This document shows, in pieces, positions 44,320 to 54,151 of a stretch of 64,000 nt of DNA (position 1 is the stretch's first letter; every line of letters begins with the position of its first letter). The notes under the pieces are model-generated. The model had not been told where the DNA came from and made no database searches. It worked only from the letters and a program-made list of their open reading frames with translations. Both the position numbers and the translations under genes were made by a program. The stretch covers positions 9,083-73,082 of the forward strand of contig CAYVDE010000004.1 in assembly GCA_964450535.1 (NCBI GenBank). Reading direction: 5' to 3'. This DNA comes from an uncultured Desulfobacterales bacterium. Its GTDB lineage: Bacteria; Desulfobacterota; DSM-4660; Desulfatiglandales; HGW-15.

Positions 44320-45062
44320 ATGAGCGGATTGACCCGGTTACGCCTTACGGAGATACGCGCGGGGACGGCGCGGTCCAGCTTTCCTTCACCCTTCCCGTAC
44401 CGTCCGGGGAAAAGGCCAGGCAGGCCGCCCTTATACTCGCAGCCAAGATGGGTCTGCAGGAAGCCAGGGTGGTATTGATGGATCCCATTGATCCGGCTTT
44501 CACCTATTTTATCCTGTACGGGCGCACTCGGGAGTCCGTGGACTTTTCTTCTATTCAGGTTCACGAGGCGGCTTACGAGGTAATGGCGCCGGATGAAATC
44601 AACCGGTTTATTCACGAGACATTCGGAAGAAAGCTCGTGGTGATCGGGGCGTGCATCGGGAGCGACGCACACACCGTGGGAATCGACGCCATCATGAACA
44701 TGAAGGGTTATGACATGCACAAAGGCCTGGAGAGCTACCCCCGGATCCGGGCCCTCAACCTGGGCGCTCAGGTGCCCTGCGAGACGCTTGTGGCCAGGGC
44801 CATGGAGGAGAATGCCGACGCTGTGCTGGTTTCACAGGTGGTCACGCAGAAAAACGCCCACCTGAAGAATCTCACGCGCCTTATAGAGATCCTGGAGGCG
44901 GAGAACGTAGCCGAGGAGATGGTACTGGTTGTCGGAGGGCCCCAGGTGACGCAGGAGCTGGCAAAAGAACTGGGATACGACGCAGGCTTCGGAAGGGGTA
45001 CCCACCCTGAGCATGTGGCCTCTTTTCTGGTCCAGGAGCTTGCCAGGCGGAAGAAGGGATAA
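44316..45062 (+). CDS. kamE: Lysine 5,6-aminomutase, beta subunit (cobalamin/PLP-binding)
   Basis: The B12-binding motif GSDAHTVG is present, in a Rossmann-like domain. It is 248 aa long. Confidence 0.9.
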   Translation: MNERIDPVTPYGDTRGDGAVQLSFTLPVPSGEKARQAALILAAKMGLQEARVVLMDPIDPAFTYFILYGRTRESVDFSSIQVHEAAYEVMAPDEINRFIHETFGRKLVVIGACIGSDAHTVGIDAIMNMKGYDMHKGLESYPRIRALNLGAQVPCETLVARAMEENADAVLVSQVVTQKNAHLKNLTRLIEILEAENVAEEMVLVVGGPQVTQELAKELGYDAGFGRGTHPEHVASFLVQELARRKKG

Positions 45063-45064
45063 AC

Positions 45065-45880
45065 ATGGAAAAACTGATCATCACCGCGGCTTTGGTGGGA
45101 GCTGAACTCACCCGCAGTGACACGCCCTATCTTCCGCTGACGCCTGCGGAGATAGCCGAGGAGGCCTCTCGGGCCTGCAACGCCGGGGCGTCCGTATTGC
45201 ACCTTCACGCCCGGGACGGGGAGGGGAATCCCACCCAGGACAGGGAGGCATACCGGGAGATAATCAACAGGGTAAGGGAACGCTGCGATGCAGTGATCCA
45301 AGTCTCCACGGGCGGAGCTGTGGGCATGAGCCCGGAGGAGCGGCTTCAACCGGTCTCCCTCGGTCCTGAGATGGCCAGCCTGACAGCCGGAACGGTGAAC
45401 TTCGGGGACGAGGTCTTCCACAACCCGCGGGACCTCATGGTCCGCTTTGCCGAGGCCATGCGTGAGCACGGGGTGAAACCGGAGATCGAGATATTCGACG
45501 CAGGCATGGTGGCCAATGCCTTGTGGCTGCTTCGAAAAGGGCTTGTGGATGAACCCCTCCACTTTGATTTCGTGCTGGGCGTGCCGGGGGCGCTTCCCGG
45601 GAGCATGAAGAACCTTCTCTATCTTTCGGAATCCATACCTCCGGGTTCCACCTGGTCCGTGGCCGGAATAGGCCCGAACCAGCTTCCCATGGCCGCGGCC
45701 GCGGTCATAATGGGCGGGCACGCCAGGGTAGGGCTGGAGGACAACATTTTTTACAGGAAGGGTGAGAAGTCAGAGGGAAACGCTCCGCTGGTGGAACGTG
45801 TCGTCCGCATCGCACGGGAACTCGAGCGGGAAGTGGCCTTACCGCAAGAGGCGCGGGCGATTCTGGGAATCGGTAGATGA
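45065..45880 (+). CDS. kce: 3-keto-5-aminohexanoate cleavage enzyme (BKACE/DUF849 family)
   Basis: The sequence MEKLIITAALVGAELTRSDTPYLPLTPAEIAEEA...LHLHARD is present, at family-typical length (271 aa). Confidence 0.85.
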   Translation: MEKLIITAALVGAELTRSDTPYLPLTPAEIAEEASRACNAGASVLHLHARDGEGNPTQDREAYREIINRVRERCDAVIQVSTGGAVGMSPEERLQPVSLGPEMASLTAGTVNFGDEVFHNPRDLMVRFAEAMREHGVKPEIEIFDAGMVANALWLLRKGLVDEPLHFDFVLGVPGALPGSMKNLLYLSESIPPGSTWSVAGIGPNQLPMAAAAVIMGGHARVGLEDNIFYRKGEKSEGNAPLVERVVRIARELEREVALPQEARAILGIGR

Positions 45881-46887
45881 GCCTGTGGGACGCGGTCCGT
45901 CGGAGCGGGTGCCGTTCTGTGGCCGTTTTCGGCATGGCCAAGAACGCGGGTAAGACCGTGGCCCTCAACCACCTGGTCGACGCCGCCGGCAGGGAAGGGG
46001 TCTCCCTGGGCCTGACCTCGATCGGCAGGGACGGTGAGGCGTGGGACGTGCTCATTCACCGCCGGAAGCCGTCGATTCATGTGGCTGAAGGTACCCTGCT
46101 GGCCACGGCCGAGGCATGCCTGAAGGCTGGAACGGCCCGGCTCGAGACCCTGGAGACATCCGATATCGCCACACCGCTGGGGCCTGTTCACATAGCCAGG
46201 GTTGAACAATCCGGCCGCGTGGAGGCGGCTGGACCCAGCCGGGTTGAACAGCTTCGCAAAATGGTGGGACGGCTCTTCCACCTCGGCGCGTCATTGGTCC
46301 TGGTGGACGGCGCCATTGACCGGAGGGGTCCAGCTTCCCCGCGGGTGACCGAGGGATGCATCCTGGCCACAGGGGCGATCCTGAGCGAGGACCAAGGTGA
46401 GGCGCTCCGCCTCACAGTGGAGCGCGTCAGGCAGATTACCCTGCCCCTGGCCTCCGAGGAAGACCGTCTGCAGTGGAAGGCGGGCCGTCTTGTGGTGAGG
46501 ATGGGCGGGCGGACTGAATCCTTTGCCGCTTCCGAGGCCCTGAAGGAGGATTCGGAAATCCGATCCATGATTCGAGGCTCCGAGGTCAAGGTCCTGGCAG
46601 GGGGGGCACTGACGGATCATCTCCTGAGAGGGTTCGTCGGAGAGCGCGCCCGGATCGTGGTTCGTGACCCGACATGTGTCTTTGTGGATGATCGACTTCT
46701 CCGGCGATTCGTAAAGGCCGGAGGGCGCGTCGAGGTGCTTGAACCTCTCAATCTCATTGCCGTCACCGTGAATCCCGTATCTTTGGAGGGATGGTCATTC
46801 GACGCGGAGAGTTTTTTCAGGGCCTTCAGGGACGCCCTTCCCGGAGTCCCGGTGTTTGATGTGACGGCCGGCCTGGGGCCGGATTGA
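45877..46887 (+). CDS. Uncharacterised protein with a BioD/CobQ-like (SIMIBI-type) P-loop, embedded in the lysine operon
   Basis: The N-terminal sequence VAVFGMAKNAGKTVALNHL follows the GxxxxxGKT spacing seen in BioD/CobB-type loops. Its start overlaps the kce stop by 4 nt. I recognise no other domain. Confidence 0.6.
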   Translation: MSLWDAVRRSGCRSVAVFGMAKNAGKTVALNHLVDAAGREGVSLGLTSIGRDGEAWDVLIHRRKPSIHVAEGTLLATAEACLKAGTARLETLETSDIATPLGPVHIARVEQSGRVEAAGPSRVEQLRKMVGRLFHLGASLVLVDGAIDRRGPASPRVTEGCILATGAILSEDQGEALRLTVERVRQITLPLASEEDRLQWKAGRLVVRMGGRTESFAASEALKEDSEIRSMIRGSEVKVLAGGALTDHLLRGFVGERARIVVRDPTCVFVDDRLLRRFVKAGGRVEVLEPLNLIAVTVNPVSLEGWSFDAESFFRAFRDALPGVPVFDVTAGLGPD

Positions 46888-46909
46888 AGACCCAAGGAGG
46901 AAAAAGACA

Positions 46910-47926
46910 GTGGAAACGAGGAAAAATGGATGCCCGTTCGGATCTCATCGCGTGCTGGAGCCCAAAGGGACACTACCCCAGGCGGCGTGGAAACTGGACA
47001 ACACCATGGAGCCGTGGGACAATGAACTTCTTATCGACGTGGACAAGCTGAACATCGATGCAGCGAGTTTCAGGCAGATCAGGGAAGAAGCGGGCGGTGA
47101 TACGGAAAAGATCAAGGAGACCATCCTCAAGACCGTGGCGGAGCGTGGTAAACAGCACAACCCCGTGACCGGCTCGGGAGGCATGCTGCTGGGGTCCGTG
47201 AACCGTGCAGGGGAAAACTTTCCCGGCAAGGTCACCCCGGGAGAGCGGATCGCCACGCTGGTATCTCTCAGCCTGACACCCCTGCGAATCGACCGTATTC
47301 TCGAAGTGGACGAGGAACGCGACCAGGTAAGGGTCGAAGGCCTGGCCATCCTTTTTGAAAGCGGCATTTTTGCCTCTATCCCGTCGGATCTTCCCGAGGA
47401 CTTCGCCCTGGCCATGCTGGATGTGGCCGGAGCTCCGGCTCAGACGGCAAAGCTGGTCAGCCCCGGACAGACCGTGCTCGTTATCGGAGGCGGCGGAAAG
47501 TCGGGTCTCCTGTGCATGTACGAAGCCCGGAGAAGGACCGGCGTGACCGGGCGGGTTGTGGGCGTTTCCTACAGTGAGAGGGGTTGCGGCCGGATCAGGG
47601 AGTCGGGGTTCGCGGACGTGGTCCTTCAGGCGGACGCCACCCGTCCCCTGGACTTTTTTCATGCCGTCTCCGGCGCATTGAACGGGGACTTGGCGGACAT
47701 AACCATCAACTGCGTGGACGTCCCCGGCACTGAGATGGCCTCGATCCTTGCGACCAGGGAGGGGGGTACCATTTACTTCTTCAGCATGGCCACCAACTTC
47801 ACCTCGGCCGCCCTGGGCGCGGAGGGGGTGGGTAAAGACGTGCGGATGCTCATCGGCAACGGGTACACCCGAGGCCACACGGAAATAGTCTTGGACATCG
47901 CCCGAAAGGTCCGGCACATCTTCTGA
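46910..47926 (+). CDS. kdd: L-erythro-3,5-diaminohexanoate dehydrogenase
   Basis: The N-terminus reads GCPFGSHRVLEPKGTLPQAAWKLDN...NPVTGSGGMLLGSV, and a GGGGKSG nucleotide loop is present. The start is GTG at 46910, preceded by AAGGAGG. Confidence 0.8.
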   Translation: METRKNGCPFGSHRVLEPKGTLPQAAWKLDNTMEPWDNELLIDVDKLNIDAASFRQIREEAGGDTEKIKETILKTVAERGKQHNPVTGSGGMLLGSVNRAGENFPGKVTPGERIATLVSLSLTPLRIDRILEVDEERDQVRVEGLAILFESGIFASIPSDLPEDFALAMLDVAGAPAQTAKLVSPGQTVLVIGGGGKSGLLCMYEARRRTGVTGRVVGVSYSERGCGRIRESGFADVVLQADATRPLDFFHAVSGALNGDLADITINCVDVPGTEMASILATREGGTIYFFSMATNFTSAALGAEGVGKDVRMLIGNGYTRGHTEIVLDIARKVRHIF

Positions 47927-48155
47927 TTCGAGGGCGCCTTGACAGGTTATCCGTTAGTATGATATTTCAGCTCACCGGCGTCACCGGTGAAAGCCTATTT
48001 GCGTGCGCTACGATCCATTAACGTATTACTTTTCTTGCCCCGACCAGGATCCGGATTGTTGTGTCTTTCGCCTCGTTGTAAAACACGTTTGATGGAACCT
48101 TGCCGGCCTGAAGACTCAGGAACGAGGTTCCGTTCAGTACCAGACAGGTGGATCC

Positions 48156-48932
48156 ATGGACAAGAGCGCATCCTCTGCTCTAATCGCTGAAGACATTCAC
48201 AAGCGTTTCGGTTCCTTGGAAGTATTGAAGGGGGTCACCGTCAGTGCCGACGAGGGGGATGTCATCGCACTGATCGGGTCGAGCGGCTCAGGGAAAAGCA
48301 CGTTTCTGAGGTGTATCAATCTCCTGGAAACGCCCGACTCGGGCAGGATTTACTTGAGTGGTGAACTGGTGAGAATGAAAAAGAACCGTCGGGGAGAATC
48401 GGTCCCGGAGGACTCAAAACAAGTGGATCGCATCCGGACGAAGCTTGGTATGGTATTCCAGCACTTCAACCTTTGGACTCACATGACGGTCCTTCAAAAC
48501 GTGATCGAGGCCCCGGTTCATGTACTGCACAAGCCCAAAAAGGAAGCGATTCAAAAGGCCCTCGAGTTCCTGGAGAAGGTGGGGATTGTAGAGAAGGCAC
48601 ATCATTACCCCTCCCAGCTCTCCGGAGGACAACAGCAGCGTGCCGCAATCGCCCGAGCGCTCGCCATCGAGCCGGACGTTCTCCTTTTTGACGAACCCAC
48701 GTCCGCCCTGGATCCCGAGCTGGTGGGCGAGGTGCTCCGCGTAATGCGGCAGCTTGCCGAGGAAGGGCGTACCATGCTGGTTGCAACCCATGAAATGGGG
48801 TTCGCAAAAGAAGTGGCCTCAAATGTGGTCTTCCTCCACGACGGCTGTGTCGAGGAGCAGGGTCCGCCCGAAAAGATGTTCGGAGATCCGTCCTCGCCGA
48901 GATGCCGTCAGTTTCTGGCGTCTTTTCTCTAA
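48156..48932 (+). CDS. Polar amino-acid ABC transporter ATP-binding protein (HisP-like)
   Basis: The motifs GSSGSGKST, LSGGQQQR and LLFDEPTSALD are present. Confidence 0.9.
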   Translation: MDKSASSALIAEDIHKRFGSLEVLKGVTVSADEGDVIALIGSSGSGKSTFLRCINLLETPDSGRIYLSGELVRMKKNRRGESVPEDSKQVDRIRTKLGMVFQHFNLWTHMTVLQNVIEAPVHVLHKPKKEAIQKALEFLEKVGIVEKAHHYPSQLSGGQQQRAAIARALAIEPDVLLFDEPTSALDPELVGEVLRVMRQLAEEGRTMLVATHEMGFAKEVASNVVFLHDGCVEEQGPPEKMFGDPSSPRCRQFLASFL

Positions 48933-49033
48933 ACCCATGAGCTGCGGGCCGCATACAAGGTCCTGTTGTGTCTTGAAGTACCAAGAGGATTCGGGTTAAA
49001 TCTTATTTTTTCACCAATGAAGGGAGGGGGAGT

Positions 49034-49825
49034 ATGAAGAGATTTGTCAGAGTTTGGAAGTGTATGATTGTTCTGGCCGTGGCAGTCATTTTTGCGGGGA
49101 CGGCTGGAGCCGGGGAATGGGAAAAGGTTAGGATCGGGACGGAAGGGGCCTATCCTCCGTTCAACTACATGGACAAGGACGGCAACCCCAGGGGTTTCGA
49201 CGTTGAGATCGCCAAGGCCCTTTGCGAGGAAATGGGCGTTGAGTGCGAGTTCGTAATTCAGGACTGGGACGGGATTATTCCCGGACTTCTGGCCAAGAAG
49301 TACGATGCGATAATCGCCTCCATGTCCATCACGGAGGAACGCAAGCAGAAGGTGGACTTCACCGAGAAGTACTACCTGACTCCGGCCCGTTTCGTGGCCA
49401 AGAAGGGCGCCGGCATCGAGATCTCCAAGGAAGGGCTCAAGGGCAAGACCGTAGGTGTCCAGCGCGCCACGATCCATGAGAACTTTCTCAGGGACAACTT
49501 CGGGGACGCGGTTTCGATCAAGTCATACGCCACCCAGGACGAAGCCAACATGGACCTGGCCTCCGGGCGCGTCGACCTCGTGATCGCTGACGCCACGGTG
49601 CTGCTGGGCGGTTTCCTGGAAACCGACGCCGGCAAGGACTACGAGTTTGTGGGTCCCGGTTTTACGGATGAGGAGTGGTTCGGCGAGGGCATCGGAATCG
49701 CTGTCCGCAAGGGGGACGATGAGCTGCGGAAAATGTTCAACGATGCGATCAAGGGCATCCGGGAGAAGGGCGTCTACCAGGAAATAAACGCCCGGTACTT
49801 TGACTTTGACGTGTACGGGGACTAG
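49034..49825 (+). CDS. Periplasmic basic amino-acid binding protein (HisJ/ArgT-like Lys/Arg/Orn family)
   Basis: It has a Sec signal (MKRFVRVWKCMIVLAVAVIFAGTAGA), family-3 SBP blocks (GTEGAYPPFNY, DAIIASMSIT) and a length of 263 aa. Confidence 0.85.
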   Translation: MKRFVRVWKCMIVLAVAVIFAGTAGAGEWEKVRIGTEGAYPPFNYMDKDGNPRGFDVEIAKALCEEMGVECEFVIQDWDGIIPGLLAKKYDAIIASMSITEERKQKVDFTEKYYLTPARFVAKKGAGIEISKEGLKGKTVGVQRATIHENFLRDNFGDAVSIKSYATQDEANMDLASGRVDLVIADATVLLGGFLETDAGKDYEFVGPGFTDEEWFGEGIGIAVRKGDDELRKMFNDAIKGIREKGVYQEINARYFDFDVYGD

Positions 49826-49945
49826 GTTAAACGGCCTCTTGCCCTGTCATGGCATTTGGGGCGGTCACGCGTGGCAGGCGGCCGCGCGTGACCGTGGTGA
49901 TCACCTGAACGCAAGCCGCACCGCCGGTATGAAACGGAGGCGCGA

Positions 49946-50635
49946 TTGATCGATCTGCAAGGCTACGGCTGGCTTCTCCTCAAAGGACTGCAGCTTACCA
50001 TCCTTGTCGGTCTCGTTTCCATGGTGATCGCCATCTTCCTCGGCCTGATCGGCGCCTGGGGAAAGCTGTCCGGTGGGCGGATCCCTCAAATGGCGGCCGG
50101 AACCTACACCACCGTCATTCGCGGAATCCCTGAACTCGTCCTCATCCTGCTTGTCTACTACGGTGTCCCCACCCTGATCCAGGACATAACCGCTGCGGCC
50201 GGTCATGGGGTCATAGTCGACCTGAATCCCTTCACAGCCGGAGTCGCAACCATCGGGTTCATTTACGGGGCCTTTGCCACGGAGGTCTTTCGAGGGGCCT
50301 ACATGGCGGTTCCAAAGGGGCAGATGGAGGCCGCCCGTGCCATGGGCATGAGCCCGGCCCTGACATTTCGCCGGGTCACCCTCCCGCAGATGTGGCGTTT
50401 CGCTCTGCCGGGCCTGGGCAACGTATGGATGGTCCTGATCAAGGCCACGGCCCTGATCTCCGTGATTCAGCTTCCTGAACTCATGCGAAACGCGGACATC
50501 GCATCACGGGCCACACGTATGCCCTTCACCTTCTACTTTGCTGCGTCTCTCCTCTACCTGGCGATCACCATAGCATCCATGATCCTTCAGCAGAAGGCTG
50601 AGGCCTGGGCCAACCGCGGCGTGAGGAGGGCCTAG
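49946..50635 (+). CDS. Amino-acid ABC permease (HisQ-like)
   Basis: It is a multi-TM protein with the EAA-type loop QMEAARAMGMSPALTFRRVTLPQ. The apparent start is TTG. Confidence 0.85.
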   Translation: MIDLQGYGWLLLKGLQLTILVGLVSMVIAIFLGLIGAWGKLSGGRIPQMAAGTYTTVIRGIPELVLILLVYYGVPTLIQDITAAAGHGVIVDLNPFTAGVATIGFIYGAFATEVFRGAYMAVPKGQMEAARAMGMSPALTFRRVTLPQMWRFALPGLGNVWMVLIKATALISVIQLPELMRNADIASRATRMPFTFYFAASLLYLAITIASMILQQKAEAWANRGVRRA

Positions 50636-50638
50636 GCC

Positions 50639-51358
50639 ATGGCGTTTGACATCATCCTGGACAGCCTGCCGCGACTCCTCAGCGGGACTTGGGTCACCAT
50701 CCAGATCACAGGGCTGAGCGTTATCATAGGGCTGTGCCTGGCCGTACCACTGGCACTCTTGCGTGTGTCCCCGAACCCTATCTGCTGGGTTCCCGTGTAC
50801 GGGTTTATCTTCTATTTCCGAGGGACACCGCTCCTGGTTCAGATCTTTCTTATCTATTACGGCAGCGGGCAGTTCCAGGAGTTCCTCAGCCATATCGGAC
50901 TCTGGACCTTTTTCAGGGAGGCCTATTTCTGCGCCGTACTGTCGCTTACCCTTAACACGGCCGCATACACGGCCGAGATCCTCCGCGGTGCCATCCAGGG
51001 TGTTGCCTGGGGCGAGATAGAGGCTGCCAGAGCCTGCGGCATGTCCGGTTCCCTGCTCTACCGCAGGATCATTCTTCCCAAGGCGTTTCGCCTGGCCTGG
51101 CCCGCCTACACCAACGAGGTGGTGTTTCTCCTTCAGGCCTCCTCCCTGGTTTCCATCATAACGCTGATGGACATCACGGGCGTGGCCCGGGTTATTGCGG
51201 CCCGCACCTTCGCCTTCTACGAGCTGTTCCTGACGGCGGCCGCCATCTACCTTGTCCTCGTCTACGGCCTGATCTGGGTCTTTCGCAAGATTGAGCACCG
51301 AATCTCCGGTCACCTCAGGGCGGCACCGGAGCCCTCCGACGCCACCGCCGGCATGTAA
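50639..51358 (+). CDS. Amino-acid ABC permease (HisM-like)
   Basis: It is a multi-TM protein with the loop EIEAARACGMSGSLLYRRIILPK. Confidence 0.85.
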   Translation: MAFDIILDSLPRLLSGTWVTIQITGLSVIIGLCLAVPLALLRVSPNPICWVPVYGFIFYFRGTPLLVQIFLIYYGSGQFQEFLSHIGLWTFFREAYFCAVLSLTLNTAAYTAEILRGAIQGVAWGEIEAARACGMSGSLLYRRIILPKAFRLAWPAYTNEVVFLLQASSLVSIITLMDITGVARVIAARTFAFYELFLTAAAIYLVLVYGLIWVFRKIEHRISGHLRAAPEPSDATAGM

Positions 51359-51434
51359 CAACCCTTTTCCCCTGGATTATGTCGTTACTTGTTCAGAAGA
51401 ATGCCCGGACCGATAATGCTGTCACCGAATTTCT

Positions 51435-52574
51435 CTACACCACTTCCGTAATGTACTTTGTCTTCAGCAATCTCCAGAACACCACGGCAAAGGCGGTCAG
51501 CGGAATGGCAAGCATCATTCCGAGGATCCCGCCGAGGGCGACGCCCCAGAAGAAGACCGCGAAGATGATCAGAGCGGGATGCAAACCTGTGCGGTCTCCC
51601 ATGATTTTGGGGGTGAGAAGATAGCCCTCGATCAGCTGCACCGCTCCGAACACGATCAGCACCAGTAGCAGCAGCGATATGCCGCCCCCATGGCCGAAAT
51701 AGGCCAGAGGCAGCGCGACGGCCAGGCCCGCTATGCTCCCCAGGTAGGGGATGATGTTGAGGAGTCCCAGGATCATGCCGATGAAAACGCCGTAGGGCAG
51801 CCCCACGAGGGCAAAACCAATCGCAAAGAGGATGCCTTGGGCAAGGGCGATGATTATCTGGCCGCGGAAAAACGTCAGGAGGATTGTGACGAACTGATCG
51901 AACAGATAGATGACGTCTTCCCTGGTTTCCTTCTTCAAAAACGGCAGGTATTCGCCGATCCGCCTGGGTTCGAAGGGCTTTGCCATGAGAAAGAAGGCGA
52001 GATAGACCGGGAGCACCGCCCAGGCGAACAGGCCCACTGCGGACTGAAACATCCCGGCGGCGGACTGCGAAATCCGCTCTCCCAAAGCCCGGAGCGCTTT
52101 GGCCACTATTTCCCCGGGGTTCTCCAGCAGTTTTCCGAACTCGGACATCAGTTCGTACTTCTCCAGGAGTGCGGCGACAGGCGGCCAATGCGATCGGCCC
52201 GCCTCCACCATTGCATTGATCATGGACGGCAATTCTTCGAAAAGCTGAATCAGTTGATTGGCGGCAAAGACCGCGGCGAACCAGATAAAGACTCCCAGCG
52301 GAACGAGCGCGGAGAGAAAAAACAAGACAAGGCCCGCAGCCCGGGACCCGCGGCAGACCTTGAGCAGCCAGTTGTAATAAGGACGCAAAAGCATCACAAG
52401 GATGCCCGCCACCACTGGCGGCAGCAGCACATTCTTGAAGGTGCCAACAAAGCGGGCCAGCCCCCACACGGTCGCGCTGAAAACCAGCACAAGCAGCAGC
52501 GCCGCCCCCAACGTCATCGCGGCGGCAACGGTCGCGCGTTGCCTGGGCCCCAGTTCCAGTTCTTTGAACATCAT
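51435..52574 (-). CDS. AI-2E family transporter (PerM/YhhT-like)
   Basis: It is a 379-aa polytopic membrane protein with the family-typical C-terminal block LGMMLAIPLTA. The competing same-strand ORF at 51385-52467 is Arg/Pro-rich and is rejected. Confidence 0.8.
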   Translation of the reverse strand: MMFKELELGPRQRATVAAAMTLGAALLLVLVFSATVWGLARFVGTFKNVLLPPVVAGILVMLLRPYYNWLLKVCRGSRAAGLVLFFLSALVPLGVFIWFAAVFAANQLIQLFEELPSMINAMVEAGRSHWPPVAALLEKYELMSEFGKLLENPGEIVAKALRALGERISQSAAGMFQSAVGLFAWAVLPVYLAFFLMAKPFEPRRIGEYLPFLKKETREDVIYLFDQFVTILLTFFRGQIIIALAQGILFAIGFALVGLPYGVFIGMILGLLNIIPYLGSIAGLAVALPLAYFGHGGGISLLLLVLIVFGAVQLIEGYLLTPKIMGDRTGLHPALIIFAVFFWGVALGGILGMMLAIPLTAFAVVFWRLLKTKYITEVV

Positions 52575-52768
52575 GCCTCCCGGTGCTGTTCCCTGTTGAA
52601 GTTCATCTTATCCGATAACGCTTGGGATGACCAGCTTTACCCCTTGCACCGATTCTTACAGGCTGCTGTTTTCTGTTATTATTGTTTATCTTTTACATGG
52701 TCCACAACTATAAATCCCTGCGCCTTTGCTTTCCTTCCGGCCCCGGTGTCTCCAGCAATTTCCGGATT

Positions 52769-54151
52769 TCACGAATCATGTCCATATCCCGCGGTTTGCC
52801 CCTGCAGTGCGATTTTTCGGCCCACCATTCTCCTTGCATAAAAAAGCGTGATCGCCGCGGCACTCCAGGTAATGGCGAAAATGCCCCACCAGATCCCCAG
52901 CAGGCCGAAGGGAAGGATACGTGTAAGAACCCAGAAGATGGCGATCGGTGCAGCAATCTGCCGGTATATGCCGATCCAGACGGCGAACATGGGTTTTTTC
53001 ATGCCCTGGAGGGCCGCCACATGTACAAAGAGAAGCACGTAGGCGTAAAGCACCAGGGCGTCGATTCGCAGATATGTGGTGCCGATGTTGATAACGGTTT
53101 CGTCCTCGGTGAAGAGCCCCATGAGGACCCGCGCTGAAGCCAGGATAACCACCGAACCGCCGGCCATGATCCAGGCCCCGTATTTGAGGCATTTCCGAAG
53201 GGTTTCCTGCACCCTGTCATAAAGTCCGGCCCCGTTATTCTGGGCCACAAGTGTCAGTGCGGCGATATTCAGGCCGATTGTGGGCACAAGAACGATCTGC
53301 TCGACACGCATGGCAATGCCGTAGGCGGCCACCGCCTCCTTGCCGAACCAGCTCACAAAATAGGTGATGACAAAGATGCCCATTCCCACAGTGAGCATAT
53401 TGAAGCTCGCAGGAAATCCTTGCCTGGCTATCTCCTTGAAGGGCCCCGGCTTCGGCAGAATATCCCTTACCGTGTAATTCGCAATAAGCCCTGTCCTGTA
53501 AACCTTGTACCCGAGGTATATGCAGCCGATTCCCTGAATTACCACGGTTGCCAGGGCGATGCCGAAGATGCCCATGGCGGGTAAGCCGAGTCCTCCATAT
53601 ATGAACCAAGGGTCCAGCGCGAGATTCAGCAGGAAGCCAGTGATCAGGAAGTTCCTGAAAGGCCTTGTTTCTCCCATCCCGTTCAACACTGAATTGAACA
53701 TGTAAAGAAGCATGAAAAGGATGGTGCCCAAAAAGATGGTGTTTATGTAGGTTACAGCCATCACGAGATAATCATCAGAGGCGCCCAGCATACTGAGTAA
53801 GAATGGTGAGCCGTAGATGCCGACCGCAGTGAGCGCGATGCCGGTCAGGTTGCCGAAGGTGATGCCCTGCACGGCATAGAGCCTGGCTTCCCCGGTTCGG
53901 CCCGCGCCCAGGGCGTTGGCCATGAGAGCCGTAGTCCCCGTGGAGATGCCTGTTCCCATGGCGATAATGATGAAAAAAACAGGGAAGGAAAGGGACAGGG
54001 AAGCCAGGGCCTGGGTGGATATGAGGCCGCCGAAAAAGGTGTCCACCGCGTTGTACAGGGTGTTGAAAAGGAAACCCACACTGGCGGGCACGGTGATGTC
54101 GCGTATCAGTTTGGGAATCGGTTCCGCTATCAGCCGGCTCTTTTCCACCAT
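52769..54151 (-). CDS. MATE family efflux transporter
   Basis: It is a 12-TM-like protein with the N-terminal block PASVGFLFNTLYNAVDTFFGG. I chose the start at MVEKSRL (ATG at 54151). Confidence 0.85.
   Translation of the reverse strand: MVEKSRLIAEPIPKLIRDITVPASVGFLFNTLYNAVDTFFGGLISTQALASLSLSFPVFFIIIAMGTGISTGTTALMANALGAGRTGEARLYAVQGITFGNLTGIALTAVGIYGSPFLLSMLGASDDYLVMAVTYINTIFLGTILFMLLYMFNSVLNGMGETRPFRNFLITGFLLNLALDPWFIYGGLGLPAMGIFGIALATVVIQGIGCIYLGYKVYRTGLIANYTVRDILPKPGPFKEIARQGFPASFNMLTVGMGIFVITYFVSWFGKEAVAAYGIAMRVEQIVLVPTIGLNIAALTLVAQNNGAGLYDRVQETLRKCLKYGAWIMAGGSVVILASARVLMGLFTEDETVINIGTTYLRIDALVLYAYVLLFVHVAALQGMKKPMFAVWIGIYRQIAAPIAIFWVLTRILPFGLLGIWWGIFAITWSAAAITLFYARRMVGRKIALQGQTAGYGHDS

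Noticed and set aside
51385-52467. A 360-aa same-strand alternative-frame ORF overlapping the AI-2E transporter gene.
   Set aside because: Its composition is Arg/Pro/Gly-rich and non-membrane. The 51435-52574 frame gives a coherent polytopic transporter, so only one frame can be real.
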